Source: Verrucomicrobia bacterium UBA673 (lineage in GTDB: Bacteria > Verrucomicrobiota > Verrucomicrobiia > Limisphaerales > UBA1096). Taken from it: a stretch of DNA of 57,832 bases. This document shows, piece by piece, positions 1 to 9,517 of the stretch. The stretch lies in contig DBNL01000070.1 of the NCBI GenBank assembly GCA_002299785.1, positions 1 to 57,832 on the forward strand. The letters run 5' to 3'. The position numbers and the translations under genes were made by a program. Positions within the stretch are counted from its first letter, which is position 1; every line of letters begins with the position of its first letter. The notes under the pieces are model-generated. The model ran no database searches, was not told where the DNA came from, and saw nothing but the letters and a program-made list of their open reading frames with translations.

Positions 1-154
1 ATGACCGGGACCGTGATGACCGGGACCGTGACGATGACAACGAGAGAGAGTCCAATCGTAAGCGGAGCTAACAGGGAAAGAAAACCCAAAGAGTCAATCG
101 GATAGTAAAGAAATTTTTTTTTGGCATGTTTTGGCCAAGGGGGGCAAGTGGAGT

Positions 155-1504
155 TTACTCGTACCGAAGCGCCTCGATGGGATTTAGCCGGGAAGCCTTG
201 TAAGCCGGGAACAAACCGGCAATGATCCCTGTAAGGATGCTGAAGGTGAGCCCTATAAAAAGGGCTTCCCACGTGATGATGGGAACGTTCTGTTGGGGAA
301 TCAGTTGAGTGAGTAGCCAAATCGTTCCGAACGAAGTGGGTAGGCCCAACAATCCACCCAGAATGGCAAGAGAAGAGCTTTCCATCATAATTTGAATAAA
401 AATTGAAAAGTCATTAGCGCCTAGGGCTTTGAAAGTTCCGATCTCGCGAATTCGTTCGTTGATGCTGGCAAGCATGATGTTCATGACCCCGATACCGCCA
501 ACGAAGAGACTCAGCGCTGAGATAATGAGCCCAATTAGGTTTGCATTTTTTATACGTTCCTCTGCGCTAGCAATGCGACTGGCATATGTAGAGAATTCAA
601 AATCCTCAACTCCGTTGTGAGTATGCAGGAGGATATTGCGGGCCTGATCCAAAGCTTTCTCCATGTGGGTTAAGTCCGCTACCTTGATATCTATATCTGT
701 CAAGTTGGGTTCTGGGGTGTCATCAGTTCCACTGGAGACTTTGAATCTCATCCACATAGTGTTAATTGGAATATAAACTACATTGTTTTTGTGATAAAAT
801 CCGTCTCGCCGAAAACGGTATCCGGCATTTCGCCTGGGTCCGGTGCGATCTTTTTGGTTTTGTCTCTCGAGTTCCCTTCGCTTTTGCTCGGCATCGGTCA
901 TATACTCGATGAACATTCCTATTACGGTGAACGGTTGCCGGTTAATATGGATGATTTTCCCCACTGGATTGATCTCTTGATCGGTTGATTCCGGATCACC
1001 GAACAGTCGATTTCGAATATGGGCGCCAATAACGCAAACCGGTTTTGCTCCCCGCTCATCCAACTCGTTAAAAAATCGTCCGTACTTAAGAGTATGTCGA
1101 TTCATCTGCAGTACGACCGGCCAGGCCCCAATGAACTCGGAAGGATAGCAACTGCGCCGTTGATATGTGATACGGGCACGGTGCCCCATTTCCGGGGAAA
1201 CATGAGAAAGCAAGGTGGCCCCTCGTTTGAGAGCATAGACATCATTCAGCGTTTTGCCAGGTGATGTGTCGGCTATATGGTTCTGATAGTCTGGGGGGTC
1301 ACTATCGTGAATGAGTACTTTGTTTAGGCCTCCATAAATAATAATATTGTCCCGCATTCCTTTTTCGAGCCCTTCCACGATGGCGGACATCGCCACCACG
1401 CTGGCTACGCCTAAAATGATTCCGAGCATGGTTAGTACTGACCGAAACCAGTGAGCGTAGACTTCCTGAAGGCCAAGAATGAACAGGCTAAAAAATCTCA
1501 TCAA
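155..1504 (-). CDS. ABC transporter permease, MacB/FtsX (type VII) family, paralog 1 of 3
   Basis: 449-aa ORF. N-terminal TM helix (WFRSVLTMLGIILGVASVVAMSAIV), a roughly 280-aa extracytoplasmic domain, and a C-terminal 3-TM FtsX module with GGIGVMNIMLASINERIREIGTFKALGA. No fused NBD. Clear paralog of the next two ORFs. Confidence 0.85.
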   Translation of the reverse strand: MMRFFSLFILGLQEVYAHWFRSVLTMLGIILGVASVVAMSAIVEGLEKGMRDNIIIYGGLNKVLIHDSDPPDYQNHIADTSPGKTLNDVYALKRGATLLSHVSPEMGHRARITYQRRSCYPSEFIGAWPVVLQMNRHTLKYGRFFNELDERGAKPVCVIGAHIRNRLFGDPESTDQEINPVGKIIHINRQPFTVIGMFIEYMTDAEQKRRELERQNQKDRTGPRRNAGYRFRRDGFYHKNNVVYIPINTMWMRFKVSSGTDDTPEPNLTDIDIKVADLTHMEKALDQARNILLHTHNGVEDFEFSTYASRIASAEERIKNANLIGLIISALSLFVGGIGVMNIMLASINERIREIGTFKALGANDFSIFIQIMMESSSLAILGGLLGLPTSFGTIWLLTQLIPQQNVPIITWEALFIGLTFSILTGIIAGLFPAYKASRLNPIEALRYE

Positions 1505-1582
1505 ATGTCTGCAACGCGTGGTGAGGCAGAATCGGAAAAACAGTGGAAGATCGTGCTATGAGCATCCCTTATGAAACAGCTG

Positions 1583-2992
1583 CTATTCGTAGCGAAGTGC
1601 CTCAATGGGATCCAGCCTCGAAGCCTTAAAGGCGGGAAATAGTCCTGCAATTATTCCAACACAAGCACTAAATGCGATACCAATGGCTAGCACTTCGGCG
1701 GTTATTTGGGGTGTGTTCTCTGTGGGAACCATTTGGGTTAGCAGCCAAACCGAACCATAAGAAGCTGGAATCCCAAATAATCCTCCAAGGAGGGCCAGCG
1801 AGAGACTTTCCATAATTATCTGGAGAAACACGATGAACCCCGTGGCGCCCATCGCTTTGAAGGTGCCTATTTCCCGTATGCGTTCATTAATACTGGCAAG
1901 CATGATGTTCATGATGCCAATTCCCCCGACAATTAGACTCAACGTGGCTATAATCCCTCTAATGATTTGCGCACTATTCAAGCGTTTGTTGATATTGGTT
2001 AATACGCTTTCCTGTGTCCGAAAGGAGAAATCTTGTATGCCATTATGGGAGCGAACCATTACATTTCGAATTTGCCCCATGGCCTTGTCCAGGACATCTA
2101 CATTTAGGGCCTTAACATCGAAATCACTAAGTTTTGGATCTGGGACAAAAACTTCCGGCTCTGAAGATCCGCTTGTGGAAAATCTCCCTTTAATTGAACT
2201 GGAAGCACTGGAGGTCGCCATGCGAAATTTCATCCACATTGTATTTAATGGAATGTGGGCTACGTTATTTCTTCGCCAATAAGGGTCATATCTTGAAGAA
2301 CGACCGAATGATCCACTGCGAGTTGGGCCGCTGCGGGATTGTTGTTGTTGTAATTGGTATTCCCGTTTTCTTCGTTCGGCTTCGTTTTCCATTTTTTTAT
2401 ACATGCCGATAATCTGAAACGGTACATAGTTGATATTGATCTTTTTTCCGACTGGATCAAGTGGCGAGCCATCTAAATTAGTGGGGCCAAATAGACTATC
2501 CCGAATATCTGCCCCAATAACGCAAACATTCTTTGCGAGATGATCTTCATAAGGGCTGAAAAACCGGCCAAATTCAATTTCATAGCCTTCCATTTCCATA
2601 ATGTCAGGCCAGACACCGACAAAGGAGGAAAGATAGGTTCGTTTATCTTTGTAATTTGCGCGCCCATAGGACCAACGCATTTCTGGGGAAACACATTGTA
2701 GCAATGTTGCATTCTTCTTTAATGCATATGCATCCTGCACAGTGATACCAGGCGAGTAGTCCTGTCTATGTTCCTGATAAGAAGGGGGGTCATCCTCATC
2801 GATGTTAATTTTATCTGCGCCACCGTAAACGACCATTTGATCCTTCATGGCATTCTCCATTCCTTTTACAATTGCAGACATCGTGACGAGGCTCACGATT
2901 CCCAGCACCACTCCAAGGATCGTCAACATGGAACGAAACCAGTGAGATGCGATTTCCCTTAATCCTATCAGGAGTGTGTTTAACAGGATCAT
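1583..2992 (-). CDS. ABC transporter permease, MacB/FtsX family, paralog 2 of 3
   Basis: 469-aa ORF with the same architecture and motifs (WFRSMLTILGVVLGIVSLVTMSAIV; GGIGIMNIMLASINERIREIGTFKAMGA). Aligns along its whole length with its neighbours. Confidence 0.85.
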   Translation of the reverse strand: MILLNTLLIGLREIASHWFRSMLTILGVVLGIVSLVTMSAIVKGMENAMKDQMVVYGGADKINIDEDDPPSYQEHRQDYSPGITVQDAYALKKNATLLQCVSPEMRWSYGRANYKDKRTYLSSFVGVWPDIMEMEGYEIEFGRFFSPYEDHLAKNVCVIGADIRDSLFGPTNLDGSPLDPVGKKININYVPFQIIGMYKKMENEAERRKREYQLQQQQSRSGPTRSGSFGRSSRYDPYWRRNNVAHIPLNTMWMKFRMATSSASSSIKGRFSTSGSSEPEVFVPDPKLSDFDVKALNVDVLDKAMGQIRNVMVRSHNGIQDFSFRTQESVLTNINKRLNSAQIIRGIIATLSLIVGGIGIMNIMLASINERIREIGTFKAMGATGFIVFLQIIMESLSLALLGGLFGIPASYGSVWLLTQMVPTENTPQITAEVLAIGIAFSACVGIIAGLFPAFKASRLDPIEALRYE

Positions 2993-3004
2993 TTTTTAAG
3001 TCTG

Positions 3005-4390
3005 TCAATCATATCTTAATGCCTGAATAGGATCCAGTTTCGCCGCTTTGATCGCAGGGAAAAGACCTGCCAGACTGCCGGTGATGACGCTGAAGCCGAA
3101 CGCGATTGTCATTGCAAAGGCGGTCATCACAGGGGGTGTGGTGTCATCGGCAAAATTGGCTAATGTATTCACTAGCATTGGGGAAATAATCAAACCGGCT
3201 ATTCCGCCGGCGATTGCGATGACTATACTTTCAGTCAAGATTTGAAAGAAAACATCCATGTTTGTCGCCCCTATAGATTTTCGGATACCAATTTCTCGGA
3301 CGCGTTCGGAGATGCTGGAGAGCATAATATTTATTATACCAATACCGCCAACCAGCAGGCAGATGCCTGCTATAAACATACCGCTGATACGCTCATTTTG
3401 GATGGACAAGGCAATGTCGCCGGCAAAACCCTCCTGTGTTTCAAATTCAAAGTCCTCCAACCCGTTGTGGGTTTGCATGAGAACATTGCGAACCTGTTGC
3501 AGGGATTTTTCGAGTGTTGAAACATCGTAGATCTTCATCGCGACCGTGGATAAGGATCGGTCCATATTACTTCCCCTGTCATAAGACGAATCAAGTTTGG
3601 ATACGAATGTGTTCAGCGGAACCATAATGGTTGAGTTTTTTCTTAAGTAAACCACCATCGCTCTTCCAGAATTGCGGTCACCTGACCTGAACGCTGCACC
3701 AATATCTCGCTTTTTTGCAGTTTGTCCTGTAGCAAGGGCTTCCTCTTTCTTTTTGCGGTCCTCCTCACTCATGTATTCCTTGAACATTCCAATAATTGTG
3801 AATGGAATATAATTGATCATGATCTTTTCCCCAACGGGTATAATTTCTTCCCCCTGGTTGTCGTATTCTCCAAATAGTTCATTTCGAATTTGGGAACCTA
3901 TGATACAGACCGTATTCGCTAGAAGGTCGTCCATGTCCGAGAAAGGTCGCCCGTGTTCCAGTTCGTGCTCTTCAATTTCCATTAAGCTTGGCCAGGTTCC
4001 TTTTACTGTTGCGTACCGGGCTCTTTTGCTTTTCCTGCTGATACGCAGCGACCCTCGATAGCTTCTCTTTTCAATCACCGGAGTCACATTATAAACTAGG
4101 GGCGCATTTTTTTGTAATGCGTAGACATCTTTCAATGTCATGCCGTTAGCTTCGTCTTCAAGATGTTTTTGGTAATCAGGCAGATCATCGTTGTCATCCA
4201 CAATGATTCGTTCCAGTCCACCAGATTCAGCTAGTGAATCCCTAAGTAGATTTTCTTTTCCCTTTACGAAAGCGGACATGGTTACCAGGCTGGCTACACC
4301 GAGTATAATTCCGAACATCGTGAGCAGGGAACGAAACCAGTTCGCCCAAATTTCCTTGAATCCACTTTCGATTATCGAACCCAGATTCAT
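3005..4390 (-). CDS. ABC transporter permease, MacB/FtsX family, paralog 3 of 3
   Basis: 461-aa ORF with the same architecture (WFRSLLTMFGIILGVASLVTMSAFV; GGIGIINIMLSSISERVREIGIRKSIGA). Its start overlaps the ATPase stop by 4 nt (4387-4390). Confidence 0.85.
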   Translation of the reverse strand: MNLGSIIESGFKEIWANWFRSLLTMFGIILGVASLVTMSAFVKGKENLLRDSLAESGGLERIIVDDNDDLPDYQKHLEDEANGMTLKDVYALQKNAPLVYNVTPVIEKRSYRGSLRISRKSKRARYATVKGTWPSLMEIEEHELEHGRPFSDMDDLLANTVCIIGSQIRNELFGEYDNQGEEIIPVGEKIMINYIPFTIIGMFKEYMSEEDRKKKEEALATGQTAKKRDIGAAFRSGDRNSGRAMVVYLRKNSTIMVPLNTFVSKLDSSYDRGSNMDRSLSTVAMKIYDVSTLEKSLQQVRNVLMQTHNGLEDFEFETQEGFAGDIALSIQNERISGMFIAGICLLVGGIGIINIMLSSISERVREIGIRKSIGATNMDVFFQILTESIVIAIAGGIAGLIISPMLVNTLANFADDTTPPVMTAFAMTIAFGFSVITGSLAGLFPAIKAAKLDPIQALRYD

Positions 4391-5142
4391 GCAGTCATAT
4401 CACGGGCTAATTGGGATTGCTTCGCTTTAATCTCTTTGAATTTGGGGGCTTCTCCGCCCAACTTTGGATCAATTTCGTTGGCGATTTTTCCGTCCCGGAT
4501 CTCGATTCGACGTGGCGTAACCGAGGCAATTTCCGGATCATGTGTCACCAGCATGACGGTTCGCCCTTCCTGGTGCAGTTGGTCAAACATCCCAAGGATC
4601 AATTCACCTGTGTTTGAGTCAAGATTGCCAGTCGGTTCGTCGGCAAAGATGATACGCGGATCATTAACCAAGGCTCGGGCGATTGCAGCGCGTTGTTGTT
4701 GCCCTCCTGACAACTGGGATGGTCTGTGTTTACTACGATCCTCCATGTTGACAGATCTCAGTGAATTCATTGCTCTTTCTCGACGTTCCTTGCTGCTTAA
4801 TCCACTGTAAATCATCGGGAGTTCCACATTTTGCCTAACGGTTAGTTTGGGAAGCAAATTAAAAAACTGAAACACAAAGCCAATTTTCTTGTTTCGGATA
4901 GAGGCTAGTTGGCGAGCGGAGGCATCATGAATCATCATTCCATCAAGATTGATGGTTCCAGAAGTGGGAGTGTCCAAGCATCCCAGGATATGCATTAATG
5001 TGGATTTGCCGCTGCCAGATGGTCCAATAATAGAGATAAATTCACCTGAATCTATATCTAAAGATACCCCGTCGAGAGCGCGAATAGTCTCGCCCCCTAG
5101 GTGGTAGGTTTTGTGAATATTACGAAGTTCAAGGAGTGGCAT
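4387..5142 (-). CDS. ABC transporter ATP-binding protein (MacB/LolD-type NBD, unfused)
   Basis: Walker A GPSGSGKST, ABC signature LSGGQQQRAAIARAL, Walker B IIFADEPTGNLD, H-loop VTHD. Confidence 0.9.
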   Translation of the reverse strand: MPLLELRNIHKTYHLGGETIRALDGVSLDIDSGEFISIIGPSGSGKSTLMHILGCLDTPTSGTINLDGMMIHDASARQLASIRNKKIGFVFQFFNLLPKLTVRQNVELPMIYSGLSSKERRERAMNSLRSVNMEDRSKHRPSQLSGGQQQRAAIARALVNDPRIIFADEPTGNLDSNTGELILGMFDQLHQEGRTVMLVTHDPEIASVTPRRIEIRDGKIANEIDPKLGGEAPKFKEIKAKQSQLARDMTA

Positions 5143-5177
5143 CTGTAATTGTACTTGGTTTTCCAGCCAAACAGAAA

Positions 5178-6527
5178 TTAGTTCCGACTGCCACCACCTG
5201 GTCTACGGCCACTCCCGGGCCCACGCCCGCCACCCGATTTCCGACCTCCTCGCAGTTTATCCATGGCTTTTGCTTTTTCGTCTTCTGTCATCTTTGGCAT
5301 CGCAGCTATCCATTCTTTTCTGCTCATCTCGCCATCGCCATCTGTATCATATTTGGCAACCAGGGGATCAATCTTCTTTTCTTCCTTGGCTTTGGTTTCA
5401 CCCGTTAATGTGATGGTTTCACCGATCATATCATCATCAGGTTTTTCTAAGGCAACTTCATCGCCTTGGTTTAATCCCTTCAATACTTCAACGAAGTTAA
5501 GATCGTTAACACCCACCTCTACCATTTGTTTGGCGTATTTTTCATCCTTTTTGATATAAGCGTAGGTTTCGGTACGTTGTTCGAGCTCATTCCTTTCTGT
5601 GAAAATAGAAGCCAGTTTCGTTGCCACGACACCCTTTGAATTGGCGACTGGTATATTGATGGTGGCTGTCATTCCTGGAATGATGGATTCATCCGTGTTC
5701 TGCAATTTGATACGTGTGGAAAAGCCCTTGATCCCGCTTTTGATTGTAGCCTGAGGGGCAATCCTTTCAACAATACCGTCTATAACCAAGTCGGCTACTG
5801 CTTCAATTTCTATCTTCACCTTCTGGTTTTTTCCCATGCGTGAGACATCGGCCTGGTTGACATGGGAGAGGATGATCAGATTCTTTAAATCCGCAATCTC
5901 CATCACTTCGGTTCCGCTACTCTGGCCTCCCGTGCCGGAAACCGCTTGGCCAATCGATACCGGGCGGGAGAGGACCGTACAGTCAAAAGGAGCACGAATA
6001 CTGGTCTTCGAGAGTTTCTCCTCAGCGAGGTCAAAATCATTCTGTGCGCGATCACGTGAAATTTGAGATACTTCGTATCTGGTTTTGATATTTTGGAACG
6101 CCTCTTCAGATATCAATCCGTCATTAAACAACTTTTTCGATCGTTCGAATTCATTCTTGGACTGCTCCAGTTGGAGGTTGGCGCTATCGATTTGCTTTTT
6201 GCGGGTGTCAATTTCTATCTTTAAATCTTTGTCATCTAGTCTGAATAATAGATCCCCTGCGGCTACCTGGTCTGAAATGTCAACGGGGAGTTCCGCAATT
6301 TTTCCATGTACCTCTGGACGTACACTTACCTTTTCAGCGGGGCTTATTTCTCCAGCCACAGTAACGGAGAAGTTAATGTCTCTTGTCTCAATGATATGTG
6401 TTGTTTCTCGATTCTTGAGCTTGATTAGGTTCGAATTGCTTTCATTTTGATTTTCTGTAAATGAGGTGTACCCAAAATAACCAACTGCCAAAACGAGAAT
6501 TAGGATGATAATATTTTTCATGTACAA
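5178..6527 (-). CDS. HlyD/MacA-type periplasmic adaptor (membrane fusion protein) with a C-terminal EF-hand loop and RGG-rich tail
   Basis: N-terminal TM anchor, lipoyl-like motif (GKIAELPVDISDQVAAGDLLFRLD), a coiled-coil hairpin, a beta-barrel region, and a position immediately upstream of the ABC genes. C-terminus has DTDGDGEMSRKE and GGRKSGGGRGPGSGRRPGGGSRN. Confidence 0.8.
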   Translation of the reverse strand: MYMKNIIILILVLAVGYFGYTSFTENQNESNSNLIKLKNRETTHIIETRDINFSVTVAGEISPAEKVSVRPEVHGKIAELPVDISDQVAAGDLLFRLDDKDLKIEIDTRKKQIDSANLQLEQSKNEFERSKKLFNDGLISEEAFQNIKTRYEVSQISRDRAQNDFDLAEEKLSKTSIRAPFDCTVLSRPVSIGQAVSGTGGQSSGTEVMEIADLKNLIILSHVNQADVSRMGKNQKVKIEIEAVADLVIDGIVERIAPQATIKSGIKGFSTRIKLQNTDESIIPGMTATINIPVANSKGVVATKLASIFTERNELEQRTETYAYIKKDEKYAKQMVEVGVNDLNFVEVLKGLNQGDEVALEKPDDDMIGETITLTGETKAKEEKKIDPLVAKYDTDGDGEMSRKEWIAAMPKMTEDEKAKAMDKLRGGRKSGGGRGPGSGRRPGGGSRN

Positions 6528-6724
6528 AATCGGTGGGAAGTCTAGTTCCTTCGCGGTATTAGAGCAATCTTAAGGTTAATGTAAGGAAGCTCCTGTTAGA
6601 TTGACCTCTATTTGTACGCAAAAAACATCGAATTGTTTCAATTAATTGCATTTGAGCCTGTTCCTTGGCAGAATTCCTATTCTTTTTGAACGGAGGGTCG
6701 AGAGGCAATAAATCAAGCTGCGGG

Positions 6725-8050
6725 GTGCAATTCATTTATAACATTGTTTTTGAGGCCTGTTTTATTTTTTCAGCGCCCTACTATTTTTTGAGAATGAGAC
6801 GCCGCGGTGGGTGGCGGAAGGGTTTCGGCGAGCGGTTGGGCCGGTATTCCACTAAGTTTAAGCAGGCCATCAGCAATCGGGACGTCATTTGGCTGCATGG
6901 GGTCAGTGTAGGAGAGGTGAACCTTTGCGTCCAACTTATCAAGGTTCTTCAGCCTCGCCTGCCCAACCTTAAACTGGTCGTCTCCACCACCACTACTACG
7001 GGAATGAGCGAGTTGCATAAAAAACTCTCCGCCGATATTGCCAAGATTTACTACCCGATGGATCGCCGGAGATTTGTACGTCGCGCACTGGCGACGATCC
7101 GACCCAAGGCGGTGGTGCTCGTCGAGGCCGAGATTTGGCCGAACTTCCTTTGGGGTCTGCAGACCCGGAAGATCCCTCACTTCCTCGTGAACAGCCGCAT
7201 CTCCGGAAAGTCGTTCAGGGGTTATTGCCGGTTTCGCTTTTTGTTTTGTCGGTTCTTCGCCGGGTTCACTGGTGTGGGCGCCCAAAGCGAACACGATGCC
7301 AAGCGCTTGGTCGAACTTGGGTGTAACAACGAAGTGGTTAACGTTTTTGGCAGTTGTAAGTTTGACGGGACAGGGATCAGCCGGGAACGTCTGCTGGACG
7401 TTTCAAACCTGACGCAAAACCTGGGTGTGCCTAAAGGCGCACCGTTGCTCGTTGGCGGCAGTACCCACAGCGGCGAGGAACTGATCCTTGCCCGCTTGGC
7501 CAAGCGGTTACGGGAAAAACACCCGAATCTGTTCCTCGTTTTGGTGCCGCGCCATGCCGAGCGCGGCCGTGAAGTGGGCGAAGCCTTGACCAAGATCGGA
7601 GTTCGTTTTGTTTATCGCAGCGAGATCGGCAGCAACACGCCGCTCCGGGAGCAGGGGAGCCTTGACTGCCTGCTCGTTAACACCACCGGCGAGTTGAAAT
7701 ATTTTTACGAAGAGGCTGCGGTTGTGTTCATAGGCAAAAGCCTCACGGCGAAGGGCGGCCAAAACCCGATTGAACCGGCCGGCTTGGCCAAGCCGATCGT
7801 GTTCGGCCCGCACATGGGGAATTTTGAGGAAATCACGTCTAAGTTTCTGGCCAATGACGCCGCAATCCAAGTAGCGGATGAAGACGGCCTTGAGTCTGCA
7901 ATCGACAATTTGCTCAGCAATGAGGCCAAGCGGATCGCGCTTGGTCAATCGGCACGAAAAGTGGTTCAAGGTAACGAAGGAGCTGTCGAGCGTACCGTTG
8001 AAATGATCATCTCAGGCATCAAAATGGGGGAAATGGTACAAAAATACTGA
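6725..8050 (+). CDS. waaA: 3-deoxy-D-manno-octulosonic acid (Kdo) transferase
   Basis: HGVSVGEVNLCVQLIKVL and VVSTTTTTG motifs in the N-terminal half. GGQNPIEPAGLAKPIVFGPHMGNF in the C-terminal GT-B half. The ORF opens at 6665 without an ATG; the GTG at 6725, just before the N-terminal TM helix, is the more plausible start. Confidence 0.8.
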   Translation: MQFIYNIVFEACFIFSAPYYFLRMRRRGGWRKGFGERLGRYSTKFKQAISNRDVIWLHGVSVGEVNLCVQLIKVLQPRLPNLKLVVSTTTTTGMSELHKKLSADIAKIYYPMDRRRFVRRALATIRPKAVVLVEAEIWPNFLWGLQTRKIPHFLVNSRISGKSFRGYCRFRFLFCRFFAGFTGVGAQSEHDAKRLVELGCNNEVVNVFGSCKFDGTGISRERLLDVSNLTQNLGVPKGAPLLVGGSTHSGEELILARLAKRLREKHPNLFLVLVPRHAERGREVGEALTKIGVRFVYRSEIGSNTPLREQGSLDCLLVNTTGELKYFYEEAAVVFIGKSLTAKGGQNPIEPAGLAKPIVFGPHMGNFEEITSKFLANDAAIQVADEDGLESAIDNLLSNEAKRIALGQSARKVVQGNEGAVERTVEMIISGIKMGEMVQKY

Positions 8051-8093
8051 GTTTCTACCTTTTGCTTTCAGTTGGAAAACTATAAAAAAACCA

Positions 8094-8121
8094 TTGACAG
8101 TAGGTTAAATCGGCCTAATCT
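8094..8121 (+). promoter_or_regulatory. Candidate sigma-70-type promoter for the cys operon
   Basis: TTGACA (8094-8099), a 16-nt spacer, then TAATCT (8116-8121), about 35 nt upstream of the cysH start. Sequence match only. Confidence 0.3.
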
Positions 8122-8153
8122 CAACAAACCCTATCGGGTATAGTTGATTTATT

Positions 8154-8897
8154 TTGGAAGCAACATTGGCAAACGATTCAGCCTCCGATCTCGACTTTGA
8201 TCTGCGCGAGACCAACGCACGCCTCGAGAAGGCGTCCGCCTCCGAGCGTTTGACCTGGGCGTCCGGGCAATTCGGTGATGGGTTGGTATTGTCCTCGAGT
8301 TTTGGTGCTCAAGCGGCGGTGATGCTGCATCTTGCCACGAAAGTGCGACCGGACATACCTGTGATTTTTGTGGATACCGGTTATCTGTTTCCCGAGACCT
8401 ACGAGTTTGCCGAGCGCTTAGCCAAGCGGTTGGAAGTGAAGCTGAAAGTTTACCGTTCCAGTCGAAGCCCTGCGTGGCAGGAGTCGATCGATGGCAAACG
8501 CTGGGAGCAGGGAGTCGAAGGGATCGAAGCCTATAACGCGGAGAACAAAGTCGAGCCGATGAACCGTGCGCTGGACGAGCTGCAGGCCACCGTCTGGCTG
8601 GCAGGCCTGCGTCGGCAGCAAAGTGCGACGCGCGAAAAACTTTCCGTACTCGCCTTGGCGAGGGGCAGGGTGAAGTTGCACCCGATCATCGATTGGACGG
8701 ACAAAAATGTGCACGATTATTTAAAGGCCAACGACCTCCCGTACCATCCTCTTTGGGAGCAGGGCTACATATCCATCGGCGACACACATACCACGCGCCG
8801 TCTCGAGGACGGCATGAGTGAGGAGGAGACGCGCTTTTTCGGACTCAAGCGTGAGTGTGGGTTGCATGAGGGGACGGATACGGACTTCGCCATCTGA
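8154..8897 (+). CDS. cysH: Phosphoadenosine phosphosulfate (PAPS) reductase
   Basis: PAPS-reductase fold with C-terminal ECGLH. No CC...CxxC Fe-S motif of APS reductases. TTG start. The stop overlaps the cysC ATG (TGATG). Confidence 0.85.
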   Translation: MEATLANDSASDLDFDLRETNARLEKASASERLTWASGQFGDGLVLSSSFGAQAAVMLHLATKVRPDIPVIFVDTGYLFPETYEFAERLAKRLEVKLKVYRSSRSPAWQESIDGKRWEQGVEGIEAYNAENKVEPMNRALDELQATVWLAGLRRQQSATREKLSVLALARGRVKLHPIIDWTDKNVHDYLKANDLPYHPLWEQGYISIGDTHTTRRLEDGMSEEETRFFGLKRECGLHEGTDTDFAI

Positions 8898-9517
8898 TGT
8901 CGTCGCCGGAAAACATTTATCCGACGTTTGGTCGTTTGATTGGCCGCGATTCGAAGGAGACATTGCTGAAGCAGCGCGGGTTGGTGGTTTGGCTGTACGG
9001 CTTGTCCGGCAGCGGCAAGAGTACCTTGGCCATCGCGCTGGAACGGCGCCTCCACGGGGAGGGCGTTTCCACCCAAGTGCTCGACGGCGACAATATACGC
9101 TCTGGCTTGAACCGTAACCTAGGCTTCTCGGATGACGAACGGAAGGAAAACATCCGGCGTATTGCCGAGGTGGCCAAGCTCTTTGCCAACGCCGGCGTGG
9201 TGACGGTTGCGTCGTTCATCTGCCCGCGAAATGAGCTTCGGGCGATGGCCCGCGAGATTATTGGCCAAGAGGATTTCCTCGAGGTGTACGTTGAGTGCAG
9301 TTTTGAAACGTGTGAGCGGCGTGATGTGAAGGGCCTGTACGCCAAAGCCAAGGCCGGTGAGGTGAAGCAATTTACCGGCAGAGATTCAACGTTCGAGCCG
9401 CCCGATCCGCGCCAGGCTGCCGAGCTAATTTTAAACACTGACGAGCAGGGCGAGGAGGAATCTATCGAGCAACTTTACCGGGCTGTGCATCCGCGCGTGG
9501 CACTGCCCAATGCATAG
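8897..9517 (+). CDS. cysC: Adenylylsulfate (APS) kinase
   Basis: P-loop GLSGSGKSTLA; LDGDNIRSGLN and FICPRNELR motifs. Confidence 0.9.
   Translation: MSSPENIYPTFGRLIGRDSKETLLKQRGLVVWLYGLSGSGKSTLAIALERRLHGEGVSTQVLDGDNIRSGLNRNLGFSDDERKENIRRIAEVAKLFANAGVVTVASFICPRNELRAMAREIIGQEDFLEVYVECSFETCERRDVKGLYAKAKAGEVKQFTGRDSTFEPPDPRQAAELILNTDEQGEEESIEQLYRAVHPRVALPNA

Noticed and set aside
1-105. A 15-bp direct repeat ATGACCGGGACCGTG x2 at the very left edge, with open frames on both strands (plus: MTGTVMTGTVTMTT...; minus: a hydrophobic ...VIVTVPVITVPV).
   Set aside because: It is truncated by the window edge. No start or stop context allows a call, and the strand cannot be decided. It is noted only as a repeat worth checking on the full contig.
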